Shown: positions 36,546 through 49,615 of the stretch, in pieces
Layout: each line of letters starts with the position of its first letter
How positions within the stretch are numbered: position 1 is the stretch's first letter
NCBI RefSeq assembly: GCF_018350175.1
Contig: NC_058382.1
Location: 59,398,001 to 59,462,000 of the forward strand
Length of the DNA: 64,000 bases
Origin: Felis catus
Taxonomy: Eukaryota
Direction: 5' to 3'
Notes under the pieces: model-generated
The model's input: the letters and a program-made list of their open reading frames with translations, nothing else
The model's database searches: none
Told to the model about the DNA's origin: nothing
Made by a program: the position numbers and the translations under genes

Positions 36546-39500
36546 TTATGAGAAAGATACTTTATAGGGTAAACCACCAGCAAAGGAGCTCGTGGTTCAA
36601 AGTGTGGAAAGGGAACTCAGAGGAGGAAGGGGATCCAGGGCGGGGCTCTGCTGAGCAGTTTCAGGGGGGCGTCTGAGCCCCAGATGAGACAGGTCCTCTT
36701 TCCACGAGCCCACCGCAGCTCCCGCACTTTCCTGGTCCCAAAGCTGGCCTCGAAGCCCGACTGCCAACGTCTCTGACCGCCAACAGCACTTTGACATTTG
36801 ATGTCGAAGCCTCTGAAGCCCATTTCCAGCCATTCGGAGTCTCCACTGTGGTCCTGCTCGTGTGGCTCTATGGTTTGTTTTCAAATGCCAGTGGTCAAGC
36901 TAATTGCTCAGGACCATAGGTGATGGCCACTCAGCGCCCAGCCCTCACCCTGCAGGGGCTGGAGGGCTGGGAACGACTTTTCCACTAATGAGAGCCCCCC
37001 ATGCACCCACCCACTACGGGACAGCCTGGGGGCACTGCTCCCTGGGCACTAGTGGGCAGACACGTGGGATTCGGCACTGACAAGCTTCTGCAGCCGCTGC
37101 CTGGGGTTCCCGCCAAACACCCACCTTGGGGCTGCGTGGGCTGAGGCCACCCGTGGCAATTCCCCGAGGTTCCTGCGACCTTTTGGTTTGCCACACATCG
37201 GCGGCAAACGCGGACATGAGCGACAATGTGACCCTCGCTCCTCTAGTTCTCCGACAGCTTTGAGTGCCCCCGACCCTCTGAATTAAATCTCTGCCTTTTC
37301 TGAGTGATACGAAAACGTTTCCACCTGATTCACAGATAACAGAAGATACAGGATGACAGCTCTGATTATTGTCACTGTCCCTCTTTGTGCCGCGTCCCAG
37401 CTCACAGAGATAATAAGAGGCACAACTGGGACTCCAACTGGGGGCCACCTTCCTCCCCAGCCAGGGCCGGCCTCGTCACTTCGCTGAAACCTCTGTCCGA
37501 GCTCTGCATGCACCGGGGCTTCTGCACACAAACCCAGACAGCACAGATGATGCAAGACGCCCAGGAGACACAGCATCACAAGTCAGGTCTTGGGGGACCT
37601 GGGAAGAGACTGGTCATCTTCTGCCTGTTTAACTGGCATCTCCCTGGAGACCTAAAGGTAGGTCAGTCAGCAAAGGAGGACAATGTCCAGCCTCACCTGG
37701 GTTTAAGACAAGCCCAATGGGGCTCACGGAGGCTTGTGTCAATAAGGGAGCTTGAGAATACTAGGACTGGGAAGTCCTTAGCCCATTCCCAGACTGTAAT
37801 CCCAAAGGTCCCAAGCCAAGCCTTCGGGACTGTCGCACTACTTACGTCATCTTGGGGCGGGGGGGGGGGGTAGGGGGCACGGATAAGACACTGTCAGGTT
37901 TGTACATTTCCAGAGGATGTTGGTGACTTAACTGGTTTCTAAAGCAGCTAAACCTTTGTTTAGAATCCACCTCAAATGGAAGGTCAAAGGGCCTGGCTCA
38001 AGTGGGGAGCTGGGGGCTGTTTTCTGTCCTCTGACCTGCTTCTTTAAATCTACTCGGATTTGGTAAGGAAGCAAACCAACTCAAGAAACGAGTCTAACGG
38101 AGTTCCGGGTTTAGGATTATTATGTTTTAAATTGGTGGAAAATATGTATGTATTTATTTTAGGCCCATTAGAGCCTTGAGACTTTAATGTCTAAATTGCC
38201 AGGGTTATATGAATTCTCTTTCAAAATCACTGTTAAAACATCTGTAACACGGTTTGGAACCGCCCCCACCACTCCGTCCCTGAGTCTTTTCCTAGTTCAT
38301 CAGAGCAGATGTGCCTGTTTGGTTCCGCTGACTTTGGGAAGCCCCAGGCAAGACCTTCACGAGCCACCACGGCAGCCCGGTGCTTCTGCCGACAGTGGGT
38401 ACTGATCCGAAGACTGGCGAAGGAGCCCCTTTTCATGGAAACGGTTCAGGGAATGCTGGAACCGCATGATTTATTATGCTAAACATTTCCCCTCAGTAAA
38501 AAAATAAATTGTGGTGGAGTAAGGTTTGGAGGGCCAGGCAGGTGGTTCCGAGTGGGGAGGAGGCACACCCTGGGGCCAGCCAGGGGCCAGAGCCGAGTGG
38601 TCCTGGTTTCAAACGTCTTCAGATTTTTCCAAAATGAGAACACGGCAAAGTTTTGAAGGTTCCCTGAAGAGTCCAGAGAGTGGCTGGATCACGTCACGAC
38701 TGTGGGCTATGCAGGCCACCAACGCCCTGCACACGCGGTCCGCAGGCCCCAGAAGGTCCAGGCGGGGCCAGGAGCACAAGAGTGAGCACCTGCACGTCCC
38801 GTCTGTAGCTGTTTTATTCTGACACCAGGTTCTATGATGGACTTCAGCTGAAAAAAGTTACGTGGGACCAAGAAAAGTTCAAACACCTTGTATCTTTTCC
38901 AACTATTTCCTTGAAGAAGATGAGATCCAGAGAGGAGAAATGACTCACCTCAGGCCACGGCATTAGAGTCACAGACCCTGAGGCCAAGAAGGACAGTCAT
39001 GCTATTTGTGCGTCACCTGCAGCAGACCCCGGTAAGTCGGTCACCAGGTTTTCCCCTTGAGACCGTTTCCTGGCCATGGTCAGGCGTGGCCGTGTGATCG
39101 GGTCCGGGCCCAGAAGCACACCCTCCATCAGCTCTGCCCGCGGGTGTGGCCGGACCCAGAGGACGCAGAGAAGGACAGAGCCTGCAAGAAGGGGTCCGAG
39201 TCCCTGGGTGACCGTGTGGAGCAGGGACCGGGACAGCCACCCCTCCAGCCACTTCTAACAGTTACCTGTGCATCATTCCGGAACTGTCCTACGTACATAC
39301 CAGCATAAATATTATAGTTTTCCAAAAATCTAGACAAATGGGTTTATTCTAACACAGCCTTCTGTGTCTCACTTCTCAACCTTGTACCTTCAGGGTCACA
39401 CTGAGCCCGCGCTCAGACCACCCTTGTTGTTTAGCGGTGACCTAGTCTCACTTTACAGACACACACCGTTACTTATCTCTAATTATCTACCGATAGACAT

Positions 39501-39673
39501 TTCAGTGGTTTACGGCATTTCAGTGTTTCCACATTCAATGCTGACTTCACATATGCATTTGGACATTTCAGTGAAATACATTCATTTCAGTATTCGGGGG
39601 CCTCAAGCACACGTGTGAGTGCATCCACAGGGCCCATTCCTGGATAAGAAACTGCTGGGTCCCAAAAGGTGCA

Positions 39674-39741
39674 TGACTTTTATATTCTGATACGTGTAGC
39701 CAACTTGTGACTTTTATAGTCTGATACGTGTAGCCAACTTG
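39674..39741. repeat. 34-bp tandem duplication within an old antisense L1-like fragment
   Basis: TGACTTTTATAKTCTGATACGTGTAGCCAACTTG twice, 1 mismatch. Confidence 0.9.
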
Positions 39742-40079
39742 CTCTCCCAAGCAGCAGTCCTAACTCATGCCCCACACATGCACATCGCATCTCGGGGAAG
39801 CTGACAAGTGGCCTCAGAATGTGAGATGGTGTCATGGACAATCAAAGGGATGCTGTCGGTTCAGAGTTGCTGGGTCCCATGGCCCATGTGGAGAATCCCT
39901 GCCTTTTGTCCACAAAACACCAGGATTGCAGCTTTTGACCTTTTGGGTAACAGCCAAAAGACATGTGCCCTGAATCAATAAAACACACGAATCCAAACAA
40001 ACGAGGCTCCCTCCACCCCCGTCATGAGAGGTGGGGTTTGATATGCACCCCCCTCACCGCAGCTGAACATGTAAGAGCT

Positions 40080-40260
40080 TCAGAGAATGCTGCTGGTTTG
40101 GATTACCACAAAAATAATGTGGCACTGTAAATAGGCCTTATGACTTTTTATGAGGAAGCCATGTGATGCTTTTACTGCCTTCACAGCAATAAATGTCGAC
40201 ATCAATTTAATTATTTGCTGCCTGCCCCCTTCCCACAGAGGGAAAACGATCACAGTGTTT
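40080..40260. promoter_or_regulatory. Candidate enhancer (unique, AT-rich, homeodomain/FOX motifs)
   Basis: GGATTA, TGTAAATA, TTTTTATGA, CAATAAA and TTAATTA within 180 bp; conservation not checked. Confidence 0.35.
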
Positions 40261-40594
40261 TCACCAGACCCAGGCCCCATGGAGGACCACTAAGGGAGTG
40301 GACTGGAGCTGAGGTCTGAACCATGGGACCTCCAGCTCGAGCAAGAGTTGGGGGATAGGTCGCTGACCCCATGGTTCCCAGGATCCACCCCTCAACCACT
40401 TCGGTATTCAGTACGCGTCACCGTAAAGTGGCACTGCGGTCCCCAACACACACTCCACCCACCTTCTCATTTTCCTTTTAGAAATGATTCCGGGAAACGG
40501 GATTCCTGGACCTGGGGCCAGCAGCCAGCGGTGGAGCCAGGAGGTAGACACGACAGACCGGGTTCAAGGGCAGCAATCATGTGAACCGCTGTGG

Positions 40595-41050
40595 TCTCAG
40601 ACTAAAAGTCTTGAGAACAGTCCTCAGTCTTCTTGGCAACTGGCCCTTTGGTGGCTCCCTGACACCCCCCCCCCCACCTCCCAGCCACCCTCAGTCACAC
40701 TGGTGTCCTTGCAGTTCATCGAACAGTCCAGGAGCATTCTACCTCAGGGTCTTTGCACTGACCGTGTGCCCTGGCTGAGATTCGCTTACTCCAGTTTCTA
40801 CGTGGCTCCCTGTCAAACTTCTCTCAAAGTACTTCCTGAATGCCCCCTGCTCAGAGAGGTTGTAGACCAAGCACCGTATTTAAAGGCAATGCTGCCCCAC
40901 CCCCAACACCATCTCCCACCTGTTCTCTTTTTGCTCCACAACACATGTCCCCAGCAGACATCTGTTACAGTAGCTTACTTATTTGCAGATTGCCTATCTA
41001 TCCCCTAGAATGTGCCCCCATGAAAGTAGGGCTCATTTCTGTCATTGAGT
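40595..41050 (+). mobile_element. L2 LINE 3' fragment
   Basis: CCTCAGGGTCTTTGCACTGACCGTGTGCCCTGGCTG...CTGCTCAGAGAGG...CCCTAGAATGTGCCCCCATGAAAGTAGGG. Confidence 0.7.
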
Positions 41051-42299
41051 TTGGGGTTCACTCTTCTCTGCCACACCCCCACATCCTAGAACAAAGCCCA
41101 GAATAAAATGTCACTGAAAAGGTGAGTGAAGGGAGGGGCAGGGGGAGACAACACAACTGCGTATTCTGCAAATTCTGTTCCCCTCCTGGGACACACAGGA
41201 AGGCTGAACTCAAAGCCTCCCCTGCAGCTGGCGGGGGCCCCAGGATGGATTTCCGCCCGGCAGGGCGTGGGCAGTAGAGTTCTAAATCACCCCACACCTT
41301 GCTTAGGAAACACCCGCCAGGACCCCAGCTCTCTCTCCCGCCCTGTCGGTGATGATGGGGCCACATGACAAGGGGCGGAGCCACCAGATGACAGCAGCCA
41401 GGATCCCCGAGTCACAGCAGAGACAGCCTAAAATTTCAGGGTGTATTTGTTACTGCGGCAAAGCCTGGCCCATCCTAACTGATACGGTAATAACCCGTGG
41501 AAAGCTACCAGACTAGAACTCAGGAGGCCTGGGGTATAAAACAGTTCTATAACACGGCACGTGGGTTCCTTAATATCACTGCAGTGTGCAAAACTGCACG
41601 GTGGCAACCCGATGAGACAAGGACATTGGGAGCATAACACCACAAAACTTCATCAGGGACACAATGAAAAACAAACAGCAGGAACCTAACAAAAACGGTA
41701 TCTCAATTTCTCAGCTTCTGAGTTAAATGGTTAAAAAAAATACATAAGTGCTACGGTAAATATGACCCTTGACCTTCAGAAAGACCTGAGGTTTGCAGGG
41801 GCAGGGGACTCCGGAGGGCTGGGCTCAGCGAACTACTGCCCCCAGGACAGGTCTGGCCCACTGCCTCTTTCGGTGAATAAAATGCCAACGTCACACGGCC
41901 ACGCCCGTTCTCTCGCATGTTATCTGTGTCTGCTTTCACGCCAGGCCAGGAAAGCCTAAAATATTAACAAGCTGGCCCTCTACAGCGAGGTAGCCAACCC
42001 CTGTATGAGGCGGTCTCATACCTTGATTTGCTAAGAGCGGTGACCAAGCCCCTCATTCTGAGGGCCTCCTCTGTGAACGAGCAGGGCGGGGACTCACTAT
42101 GGCCGGACCTTATCTGAGTGGCCCGGCCCCACCCCGGGCACCGTGCCCCTATCTGGGGGCAGCCGTCCTCCCCAACCCCACCCACACGCACCACGGGCTG
42201 GGAGCGCTTGAGTGAAACCTTCCATTTCCCCTTCCTCTCAGGGGACGCCTCGGAAAGCCTGTCTGTCTGGGCCTCTGACGGGCTGGAGGGAAGGCTATG

Positions 42300-42430
42300 A
42301 GCTTGACCCTAATGAGTGCAGCGCAGCATGCCAGACTAAACATCCTTAATTAAGCGCCCACAGAGGTTAAATGGGCAATTAGACCGCCCCAGGGAGGGCA
42401 GAATTAGACAGATTGGCCCATTACCCCCAC
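42300..42430. promoter_or_regulatory. Candidate enhancer with clustered TAAT/ATTA homeodomain sites
   Basis: CTAATGA, TTAATTAA, CAATTAG, GAATTAG and CCATTA in ~120 bp of unique GC-flanked DNA. Confidence 0.4.
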
Positions 42431-43344
42431 AGGACACTTGAGGACTTCCCTTTGGAAGGGACACCCTCTAACCCAAGAAGGGAGGGGCACAAACCCCCAC
42501 CAGGCATAAACCCTGCTTTGCCACACTTGGCCCAACACGGTGTCTCAACAAAGAGCCGAGTCCTCGGCCTGTGGGAGCCTCACAGGTAAGAGTCATCACA
42601 GGGACATCTGCTGACCTTCCAGGCCACCAGCCCTGAGCCCTGACAGTGACACGAGGTACCGTGCGTTAAGCCTCTTCTCCCCCCGCACTCACATCCGGCC
42701 CCTCTGCCGGTCGGGACAGATGCTGTGTCTCCTCCTCCTCCACCCGGGACCAGCTCTCAACCACCTGCCAGCGGGGCCTCTGCAGCAGCCCGGAGGGCCC
42801 CTCCCCGTGGGCCCCATGTCCCAAGGGACCCTTTGTGCTGTCGAGGGTCCTCCAGCACCCCCTGCCCAGCACCCTCCCACGGCACGTCGTCTCTCAGGAT
42901 GTGTCCAAGCACCAGAGCGAGGCCCACCACCCCCACCCCGCATCCAGCATCTGCCACACAACGGCCTCAGGGCGCAACCCCCCGCCCCTCCAGCCTCTGG
43001 GCCTTTATAGTCACTCCTTGCTCTGCCCGGACGCCCTTCCCCAAGATGTCAGCCAGTTCAGGCTCTCCCTTCTTCCGGGTCGTAAGCCATCTTACCCCAG
43101 AGGCCTTCCCTCACCCAAGTGCCAGACCAGCCGCACCGCACCCCCCACCCTCTCCCTGGCCCTGCTTGAATGCCCCCACAGCAGATGCCAGCTGACATCA
43201 TGTGACGTCCGTCCCTGCCTGCCATGATGAAATGCCCCCTCTGTTCACAGGTGTCTCCCGGCACCTGGAGGCTGTGTGCCACATCAACAAGTACGTTCAC
43301 CAACCGTGTGCTTCCCGGTGCCAGGAAGCCAACCTGCCTTCTCT

Positions 43345-43470
43345 GCCTCGCCCATTTTACAGAAGGGGAAACGGAGTCTCGAGGCCAGTAAATGACTTGC
43401 CCCAGCAAGTTAAGTGGCAGAATTCAAACCCAGGACTGGCTAGCTCTCAGACCCAGGCTCTTTATCACCG
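43345..43470 (-). mobile_element. MIR fragment
   Basis: CCCATTTTACAGAAGGGGAAACGGAG...AAATGACTTGCCC...AATTCAAACCCAGG. Confidence 0.65.
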
Positions 43471-44787
43471 CAAAATGCAGGGATTGCGTACAGAAGCAGA
43501 GGACAGGTTCCCCCACATGCCTCCGTGCCCATCCACGCATGGGGCAGGGGCAGCTCTGGATGACAGATAATCAGCGGTACCACCTTTCTCAAGAGCCAAC
43601 CAACGGAAGAGAAAGAGTGGCCTCCTTCCCTGCGGTGGGCGGCGGTCTCATCAAGAGGAAAGGCTCCTGGGTCAAGTCAGGTGGGTGAGCGGAGACTGGG
43701 CACATCGAAGACAGCCCCAGGGACCAGCCTCAGGCTCCTCGTCACCCAGCTTCAAACCCTGAAGCCCCTCCCACACAGATGCCAGGCAGCACCTGTGCCC
43801 CCACCCGCCCCGCCCAGCGCACCTGTGCCACCCGCCTGTCCACTCTCATGGCACACGCACGATACAGTAACCTCCACGCTGCCCACAGGGACCGTCTCCA
43901 GGTGTTGGAGGCATCTCTTTAGAACGCGGTGGAAAAAAAGCATATCTGCTTTATATTTTCTCTTTATGCTAAGAAAAAAATAAAATCAAAGTGGGGAAAA
44001 TCCTTAAATACTGAAAGTGTATAAAACTTTCAGGGAAAATAACTTTTTTTTTTTTAAGTAAGCTCTCTTGATCTTGCTTTTCTGGATGTCATTTTTTAGA
44101 ATTAGGTTTTATGCATGAAATTGTTGCACATCAGCCTGGCTTCTCCGAGTTCTTGCTGCTCCCAAAGCCGATTGGATGTGAGGACGTGAGAGGAAGTAGT
44201 TTGTTGGGGTGGGGGTGGGGGGGGTGAGTCCAGCACCCACAAGTGAGGAAACAGGCAAAGAAAGGATGCAAACCAATTAGGGGCACCCTGAAGAATGGGG
44301 GGGGGGGGCACTGTGGGCCGACGTCGCTGATGAATGCAGAAGTCCTCAACAGAATGCCAGCAGCTAGGATCCAAGAGCACAGTAAAAGCCTCACACACCG
44401 TGAGCAAGTGGGGTTTATCCCAGGAATGCAGGGATGGCTCAACACCTAGAACTCTGTCCGTGTAATCACCACAGGGACAGAGCAGGGCAGGGGGACTACC
44501 GGTCATCTCAGCGGACACAGAAAGGCATCTGACAAAACCCAACCCTTTCATGATTAAAAAACAAAAGGAAAAAACACCCAGAAACTCGGAACAGAAGGGA
44601 ACTTCCTCAACAGGATAAATGAATGACATTTATGACAAACGCACAGCCCACACGAGGCTCAGAGAGAAGACCGCAAGCCTTCCCCTAAGACCAAGACGAA
44701 GATGCCCACCTTCACTACGGCTACTCAACATCGTACTGGAAGGCCCGGCCAAGCGACAAGAATAAGGAATAAGAGGCATGTAAACTG

Positions 44788-44908
44788 CGGGCACCTGGGA
44801 GGCTCAGTCGGTTAAGTGTCCAATTTCGGCTCAGGTTGTCTTCTCGCAGTTTGTGGGTTCGAGCCCCACGTCAGGCTCTGTGCTGCCTGCGTAGAGCCTG
44901 CCTGGGAG

Positions 44909-44943
<35 letters not shown>

Positions 44944-44996
44944 TTCCCTCTCCCTCTCTCTCTCTGAAAATAAAATAAATTAACTGAAAAAACTTC
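44788..44996 (+). mobile_element. Older Can-SINE
   Basis: GGGCACCTGGGAGGCTCAGTCGGTTAAG head, (CT)n, A tail. Confidence 0.9.
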
Positions 44997-45016
44997 TAAA
45001 AAGAGGCACCTATATT

Positions 45017-45242
45017 GGGGTGCCTGAGTGGCTCAGTCGGTAAGCATCTGACTTCAGCTCAGGTCATGATCTCACGGCTTGTGAGTTTGAGCCCTGCGTC
45101 GGGCTCTGTGCTGACAGCTCAGAGCCTGGAGCCTGGTTCGGATTCTGTGTCTGCCTCTCTCTCTGCTCCTCCCCCACTCACACTCTGTCTCTCTCTCATA
45201 AATAAATAAACATTAAAAATATATATATATATATATATATAT
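45017..45242 (+). mobile_element. Can-SINE with (AT)n tail
   Basis: TSD AAAAGAGGCACCTAYATT at 44999-45016 and 45243-45260. Confidence 0.92.
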
Positions 45243-45844
45243 AAAAGAGGCACCTACATTGGAAAGGAAGAAGTAAAGGGGCCTCTCCCTGCAGATGACG
45301 TGGCCCTGTGCACAGAACTGCCCCCTGGAGAGCAGTTAGCTGCCCACCCTTCCACTTACAAGGACGCTCCTGTCTCCTCACTTCCAGGCTGCCCTCAGGG
45401 GACAGTGAAGCAAGCCCCCAGGTGCCAAAGAATGTTCTCGAGCAGAAAAGAAGAAAAATGCAACTGTTTGAGGTGGGGGCTGCCCGCTGCCTGGACCTGG
45501 GCTGCCAGGGCCACAGGTGAACTGAGGGGCCAGGGGCACGGACGAGGCATTCGCAGCATCCACCACTGGCCACACATTTTAGAAACGACCCGGAGACTGT
45601 CCTCATACTGCTGCATACCGCAAGGCCTGGGAAGACCACCTCTTCCTGGTCGCCTCTGGCCCCTCAGCCGCTCACCCCCCAGCCTTGATCAGCCATGTTT
45701 CACTACCAACTCCAGTCCTGAGAGCTTGTCTCAGTCCCACAAGCACAGAAGGCTCTGGCTCACCCCAGAGTCTTTGCACATGCCAGTCCCACCACGTGGG
45801 CTGCTTCCCTCTCAACCCCTCTTCATTTAAGAAACCTCACCACA

Positions 45845-46086
45845 GGGGCGCCTGGGTGGCTCAGTCGGTTAAGCGGCCGACTTCAGCTCAGGTCATGATC
45901 TCGCGGTCCGTGAGGGCTGTGAGTTCGAGCCCCGCGTCGGGCTCTGTGCTGACGGCTCGGAGCCTGGAGCCTGTTTCAGATTCTGTGTCTCTCTCTCTCT
46001 GACCCTCCCCTGTTCATGTTCTGTCTCTCTCTGTCTCAAAAATAAATAAATGTTAAAAAAAATTAAAAAAAAAAAAAAAAAAAAAA
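45845..46086 (+). mobile_element. Young Can-SINE with long poly(A)
   Basis: Perfect 16-bp TSD AAGAAACCTCACCACA at 45829-45844 and 46087-46102; 9-bp internal insertion before the B-box. Confidence 0.95.
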
Positions 46087-48807
46087 AAGAAACCTCACCA
46101 CAAAGGCCAAGAGGTCAGGGAAGACCTGGCTCACCCCCGGGGCCAGGTCAGACAGGCTCACGGTGCTGTGCCAATATTTAGGTTTGTTCCCTGTGCGATG
46201 ATGTGGTAAGTCTGCGCCCCGCTGGACTGAAGGGGCTGGAGGGTACACGGCAGAGCCACCCCAGTCACCCTGGTGCCCATGGGGTCTGGCACACTGACCA
46301 AAAATGTACCACCACTCGGGACATATTGGGTGAGACCATAAACAAATAAACAAACTCATGATGGCAGACTCTGGACAAGTTACTCAACCTCTTTGAGCCT
46401 GACCTCTTATTCCTAAAAGTGCCACCTCGTCCACACTAGGGCTGTTGGGACAGTCCCCTGAGCTGATGTGCGTGGGCACAGCCAGCCCTGAGCCCAGCAA
46501 ACGCGTCACAGGGACCATCCGCTGAACAGGGCGTCAACACGACACTGTTCCCATCTGGCAGACAAAGAAACTGAGGCCTCATGGTGCTAAGTGGGCTGGC
46601 CCCGGTCTGATCATCAGGAGCCGTGCTCCCGTTGCCAAGTGAGGAAAGCAGGGAAGAAACCAGCCAGCAAGCCTCCCGCGGGCCTGTACCTAATACTCCG
46701 CGGCCCCTCAGAGAGGAGGGGAAGTGCCTCGCTCCCACAAGGCACACAAATATTGTGTTAAAGGTACATGGAAAGTGAGGGGAGGAGCTGCCCACAGACC
46801 CCTGGGTCCCTCGAGGTCTGAGACCCTCACGTGGAGAACACCCAGTGAGACGCCCTCAAAGACCCCGGGCCCTCCTCCAGCAGCCGCGACCTTTCACCCA
46901 GCTGACCACGGGGAAGACCACCGGGGAAGCAGAGGTCAGCCAGGGAGGGGGGCTGGTGGGGGACGAGGGCATCTCCAGGAGGGGAACTTCTGGGGGGTCT
47001 CCAGGAGGGAGGGGCGGGGGCACAGTTCCAAGGGGGATGCCGCTCCACGGCTGTCAGGAGTCTTTGATGTGAAAAAAGCTGGGGGGCAGGGAGAAGGCAA
47101 GAAACACGGGGGGAACAGAGGTGACAAGACAACATGGGGACACGGACGGGCGAGGGCAGGCACAGAGGCTCAAGGACACCCGGCGACGCAGCACAGAGCA
47201 GAGACGGAGGGGACAGGCAAGGGGCCGCAGGGTCTTGCTAGGCCCCCTTCCTCCACAGCCAGAGACCTCCATGGAAAACCCGCAGATGGGCTCCAGAGAG
47301 CGCAAGACCCTCGCCAAGTCCACAGCAAGCCAGGCATCCGAGGAATTCGAGTTGTGTCGAAAACAAAGCAAAACCGATGTGCACCAAGGGGCCCCCATGT
47401 CCCTCCCTCTGGCCCTCAGTCTGTCCTGCCATCTGCCCAGCCCTCTGCCCCTGAGGAGTGGGGGGAGGAGAGGAGGGACGGGGCATGGCTGGCAGGTTTG
47501 GCTGCAGAGGCCTGCTCCTCATTAAGGCCCCGCTCGGCCTCACGCTACAGCGCTAATTACGGTGCAGTATGTCATGTTATTTTGATTCATGTTTCCTGTC
47601 TGGAAAGCAGACTGCAGTGTTGGGCCCTGGGCCAGGACAGAGGCCAGGAGGGCAGGGGCAGGAACCTGCCCCTTCACTGACCAGAGCCCCGCGCAGGAAC
47701 CGGAGCTTTCCAGGGGGCTGTGCTGCCCCCCACCCCCGCGGTCCAGTGTTCACGGGGCACTGCTGACCTCTAGCCGGTGCCAAGCGCGCATGTCCTCCGC
47801 CGCTCCTCCTGGCCTGGCCTCGCTCATGCCACCCATGAAATGGGAGCACACGGCTCTGCGGGGTCGGCACAAAGCACTCAGAGCACCAGACAGGCACATG
47901 CATGGCCTCTCTGTGCACTGTCCTCCTCTCTAGTGTAATTATGACCTCAGGGGCCTGGAGCCCCCTCTCTGGAGAGAGCGTAGTGGGCAGGAGCCTGGAG
48001 CTCTGGGCACAGCCGAGTGCCCTGTTTTCCTCCCTGAACGACAGGTTCACCCCAACATCCTCCTCACTGGTCCCTACACAGGAGAGCCAGCTTGGCCCAC
48101 ACACAACACTTACAGAAGCGCCCGGCACAAGGCCAGTACTTGCAAACAGAGCTATTGTCATGGCCCTCGTTCCCACCATGGTGATGACCCAGCCTAAGGC
48201 ACGCCTGGCAAAGGGGCTGTTTCTGTCGCGTGCCCCACAGAGAGTTTCTAGCGCCCCCCAGGCCCCAAAGTCAAACCAACAGAAAGTGCAGCATCTCAAA
48301 GCCATGTCCACGGAGGTCTGATGGCCCATGAGTCGACTCTCAGGGAGCCCCACGAGGCTGCAGCACAGCCAGGCTAAGAGGCTGAGAGCAGGGTGGAGGG
48401 CCCGCCAATTGGAAGACAGCCCCCATCTCCTTCACCTGCCGAAAAAGCCAAGAGCCAGTGGCAGGGAAAGCTTTCGAGGACACGCTTGGGAGCGAGGGGA
48501 CATTTTCCTCAATTCAGAATAGACAAGCCCCCTGAGCTCCGTCCATGGGCCAGACAGAGTCCTGCTCCTTCCTCCGGGGCTCACCATCTACTTGGAGTGT
48601 GGGGTCAAGACAGGACTACCCGGCGTGGTGCTCACAACCAGCGAGTGGGATGGAGGCTGTGCGGCCTCCCCCCAGGAATCAGGAGAGGGGCTGGCTCGCC
48701 AAGGGGCCGTGCAGAGAGGTGGGAGACGTGGCACAAAATCAATGTTGAACAGTGATTTAAAGAACAGTCACATGTGTATTAGATACAGCATGCAAGGTGC
48801 AAGACTA

Positions 48808-49240
48808 TAGATATGCATGTGTACACACACACGTGCACACATACACACATGGGTATACACAGTCCAGACTGCACACGTAATGCATGTGTACACATGCACA
48901 TGCACACATGTATACATGTGCGCATATATACACGTGTGTGTACACGTGTGTGCGCTGTGCATGTGTATACGCACATCTACAGGTACGCTTATACACATAT
49001 AAGCACATACACACCTGCATGTGAATGTACAGGTATACGCACGCATATACACATATGTACACACATAGACACCTGTGTGGGAATGCATAGGTATACGCAC
49101 ACATATACACGTGTGTGTACACACGTGCGTGTGTACGCGCGCGTGTGTGCACATGCACTTATAAGCATGCACACGTGTGTGCAGGTATGCACGTGCATAT
49201 ACACACATATACACGCGTGTGGTCACATATGATCACATGT
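48808..49240. repeat. Alternating purine-pyrimidine (CA/TA/TG/CG) low-complexity tract
   Basis: ~430 bp of RY dinucleotides; perfect alternation at 49091-49158. Confidence 0.92.
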
Positions 49241-49289
49241 GAATACAAATTAACACTATCTTTGGTAGAAGAAAGAGAAGAAAACATGA

Positions 49290-49615
49290 ACCCGTTGTCT
49301 GGAACAACCCAGTGTCCCCCGGCAGATAACCACGCACGGTCCATCCACACAGCCGAGCGTCAGTCATGCCGGGAATGAGGCGCAGACACAGGCTGCAGCG
49401 TGGATGCATCCTGACAGCCTTACAGGACGCCAGACAGACACGAAAGACCGCAGATCGTATGATTCTCTTCATATGAAATGTCCAGAAAAGGCAAATTAGG
49501 AGAGAGAAAGTGGGTATTAGCAGCTGCCAGGGCGGGAGCATTAACTGAATGCGAACAGTGTGAGGGATCATACTGGACGGTGAAAATGTCCTAAAACTGA
49601 TTTCAGGTTATGTAC
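49290..49615 (+). mobile_element. Ancient L1 3' fragment
   Basis: TGGAACAACCCAGTGTCC...TATGATTCTCTTCATATGAAATGTCCAGAAAAGGCAAA...GGTGAAAATGTCCTAAAACTGATTT. Confidence 0.65.

Larger units (their letters stand above)
44324..45310 (+). pseudogene. Degraded L1 ORF2 reverse-transcriptase fragment, split by two Can-SINEs
   Basis: ORF 44243-44449 ends [40 protein letters not shown], matching the L1 ORF2 motif SLMN...[13 protein letters not shown]; then a stop and frameshifts; TGCAGATGAC (FADD remnant) near 45290. Confidence 0.85.

Noticed and set aside
44243..44449. Functional reverse transcriptase
   Set aside because: Short L1 ORF2 remnant with a stop, frameshifts and two SINE insertions
46724..48353. 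318-aa and 258-aa ORFs
   Set aside because: GC-rich chance ORFs with G/R/P/A-biased composition, no recognisable domain and no exon structure
48768..49378. His/Cys/Thr/Val-rich ORFs
   Set aside because: Translations of the RY dinucleotide tract
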